DNA from: Thermodesulfobacteriota bacterium
GTDB taxonomy: Bacteria > Desulfobacterota_D > UBA1144 > Nemesobacterales > Nemesobacteraceae
NCBI GenBank assembly: GCA_963667625.1
Contig: OY763921.1
Span: 802,241 to 866,240 of the forward strand
DNA: 64,000 bases
Reading direction: 5' to 3'
The notes under the pieces were generated by a model that was not told the origin of the DNA, did not search any database, and saw only the letters and a program-made list of their open reading frames with translations. How positions within the stretch are numbered: position 1 is the first letter of the stretch; every line of letters begins with the position of its first letter. A program made the translations under genes and the position numbers. Of the stretch, positions 63,508-64,000 are shown piece after piece.

Positions 63508-63840
63508 TCAGTCCAGCGCCTTGTTCAGTATCTTTTCTATCTCGCTTTTCGGGACGGCGCCGACTATCTGTTCGGCAACCTCGCCGTTTTTAAATACTAT
63601 CAGCGTGGGAATGCTTCTGATGCTGAATTTCATGGTCGTCTTGGGGTTCTCGTCCACATTCACCTTCCCCACCTTGACGCTGCCTTCATAGTCATTGGAG
63701 ATTTCCTCAATGACGGGTGAGAGAGCCCTGCAGGGACCGCACCAAGGGGCCCAGAAGTCGACCAGAACGGGAACTTCACTCTCCATTACTTCCTTATCGA
63801 ACGCGGAATCTGCTACTTCAACTATGCTTGAGGATGCCAT
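63508..63840 (-). CDS. trxA: Thioredoxin
   Basis: Active site WAPWCGPCR. The internal Met (MASSSIVEV...) is the chosen start. Confidence 0.85.
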   Translation of the reverse strand: MASSSIVEVADSAFDKEVMESEVPVLVDFWAPWCGPCRALSPVIEEISNDYEGSVKVGKVNVDENPKTTMKFSIRSIPTLIVFKNGEVAEQIVGAVPKSEIEKILNKALD

Positions 63841-64000
63841 CTTAATCTCCTTGGGGATTTTACGCTTATATGCTAATACCGATTTATAATAATACAAGAA
63901 GAAGGTTAGAAGATGTTTTTCATCTGGCAAGCGCCGCGCATTTTGTTGTGTATAATTCAGGAGATTTAAAAATGTGTTTGAATCGCCCCGTGTCTTTAAA

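Overview
This 64-kb window is from a bacterium of moderate GC content (about 50-55% in core genes) that I could not place beyond 'uncultivated-looking'.

Core content:
- A housekeeping backbone: moeB/moeZ-rhodanese, two cold-shock genes, trhO, cimA, lysC, tsaE, nnr, cysS, rmuC, dapB, tgt, yajC-secD-secF, pheS, dcd, gyrB, nuoG-nuoH, tatA, hisS and trxA.
- One rRNA operon, 16S-tRNAIle(GAT)-tRNAAla(TGC)-23S, with no linked 5S.
- tRNA-Ser(GGA) and tRNA-Leu(CAA).

The backbone is interrupted by several visibly AT-richer or compositionally alien inserts that carry mobile and defence-like genes:
- 1-5.7 kb: a tRNA-Ser-adjacent island with a truncated DUF262/GmrSD-like gene, an intact IS30 element with perfect 25-bp inverted repeats, a cupin gene, a DUF1428 fragment and three orphan genes.
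- 16.3-18.2 kb: an AbiL-like two-gene module, an AAA_21 ATPase followed by an RloB/TOPRIM-like protein.
- 26-31.6 kb: downstream of the rRNA operon, an RTX-repeat gene fragment, a high-GC alien block, a tyrosine integrase, a Schlafen/AlbA_2-like ATPase, and a Phd/YefM-type antitoxin with only a 45-aa downstream ORF.
- 49.7-51.2 kb: between pheS and dcd, a translationally coupled two-gene cassette whose second gene has a Swt1-like HEPN Rx4H motif.
- 55.2-55.8 kb: an AT-rich orphan gene with an RNxxxH motif that cuts off the nuoG-nuoH genes.

Other notable points:
- An 843-aa fusion of a hydantoinase-B/5-oxoprolinase-B domain to an M19 (Cys-Gly) dipeptidase.
- A recent tandem duplication of a complete cold-shock gene unit (promoter, CDS and terminator).
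- Several orphaned partner genes: sucD without sucC, pheS without pheT, nuoG-nuoH alone, and two paralogous LivK-type binding proteins without permeases.

No CRISPR array was seen. The candidates for an undescribed system are the HEPN cassette, the orphan genes in the tRNA-Ser-adjacent island, and the 55.2-kb HEPN-motif orphan. The AbiL-like pair belongs to a known family.

Some coordinates (RNA genes, internal start codons, motif positions) come from manual reading of the sequence and may be off by a few bases. CDS boundaries otherwise follow the supplied ORF track.
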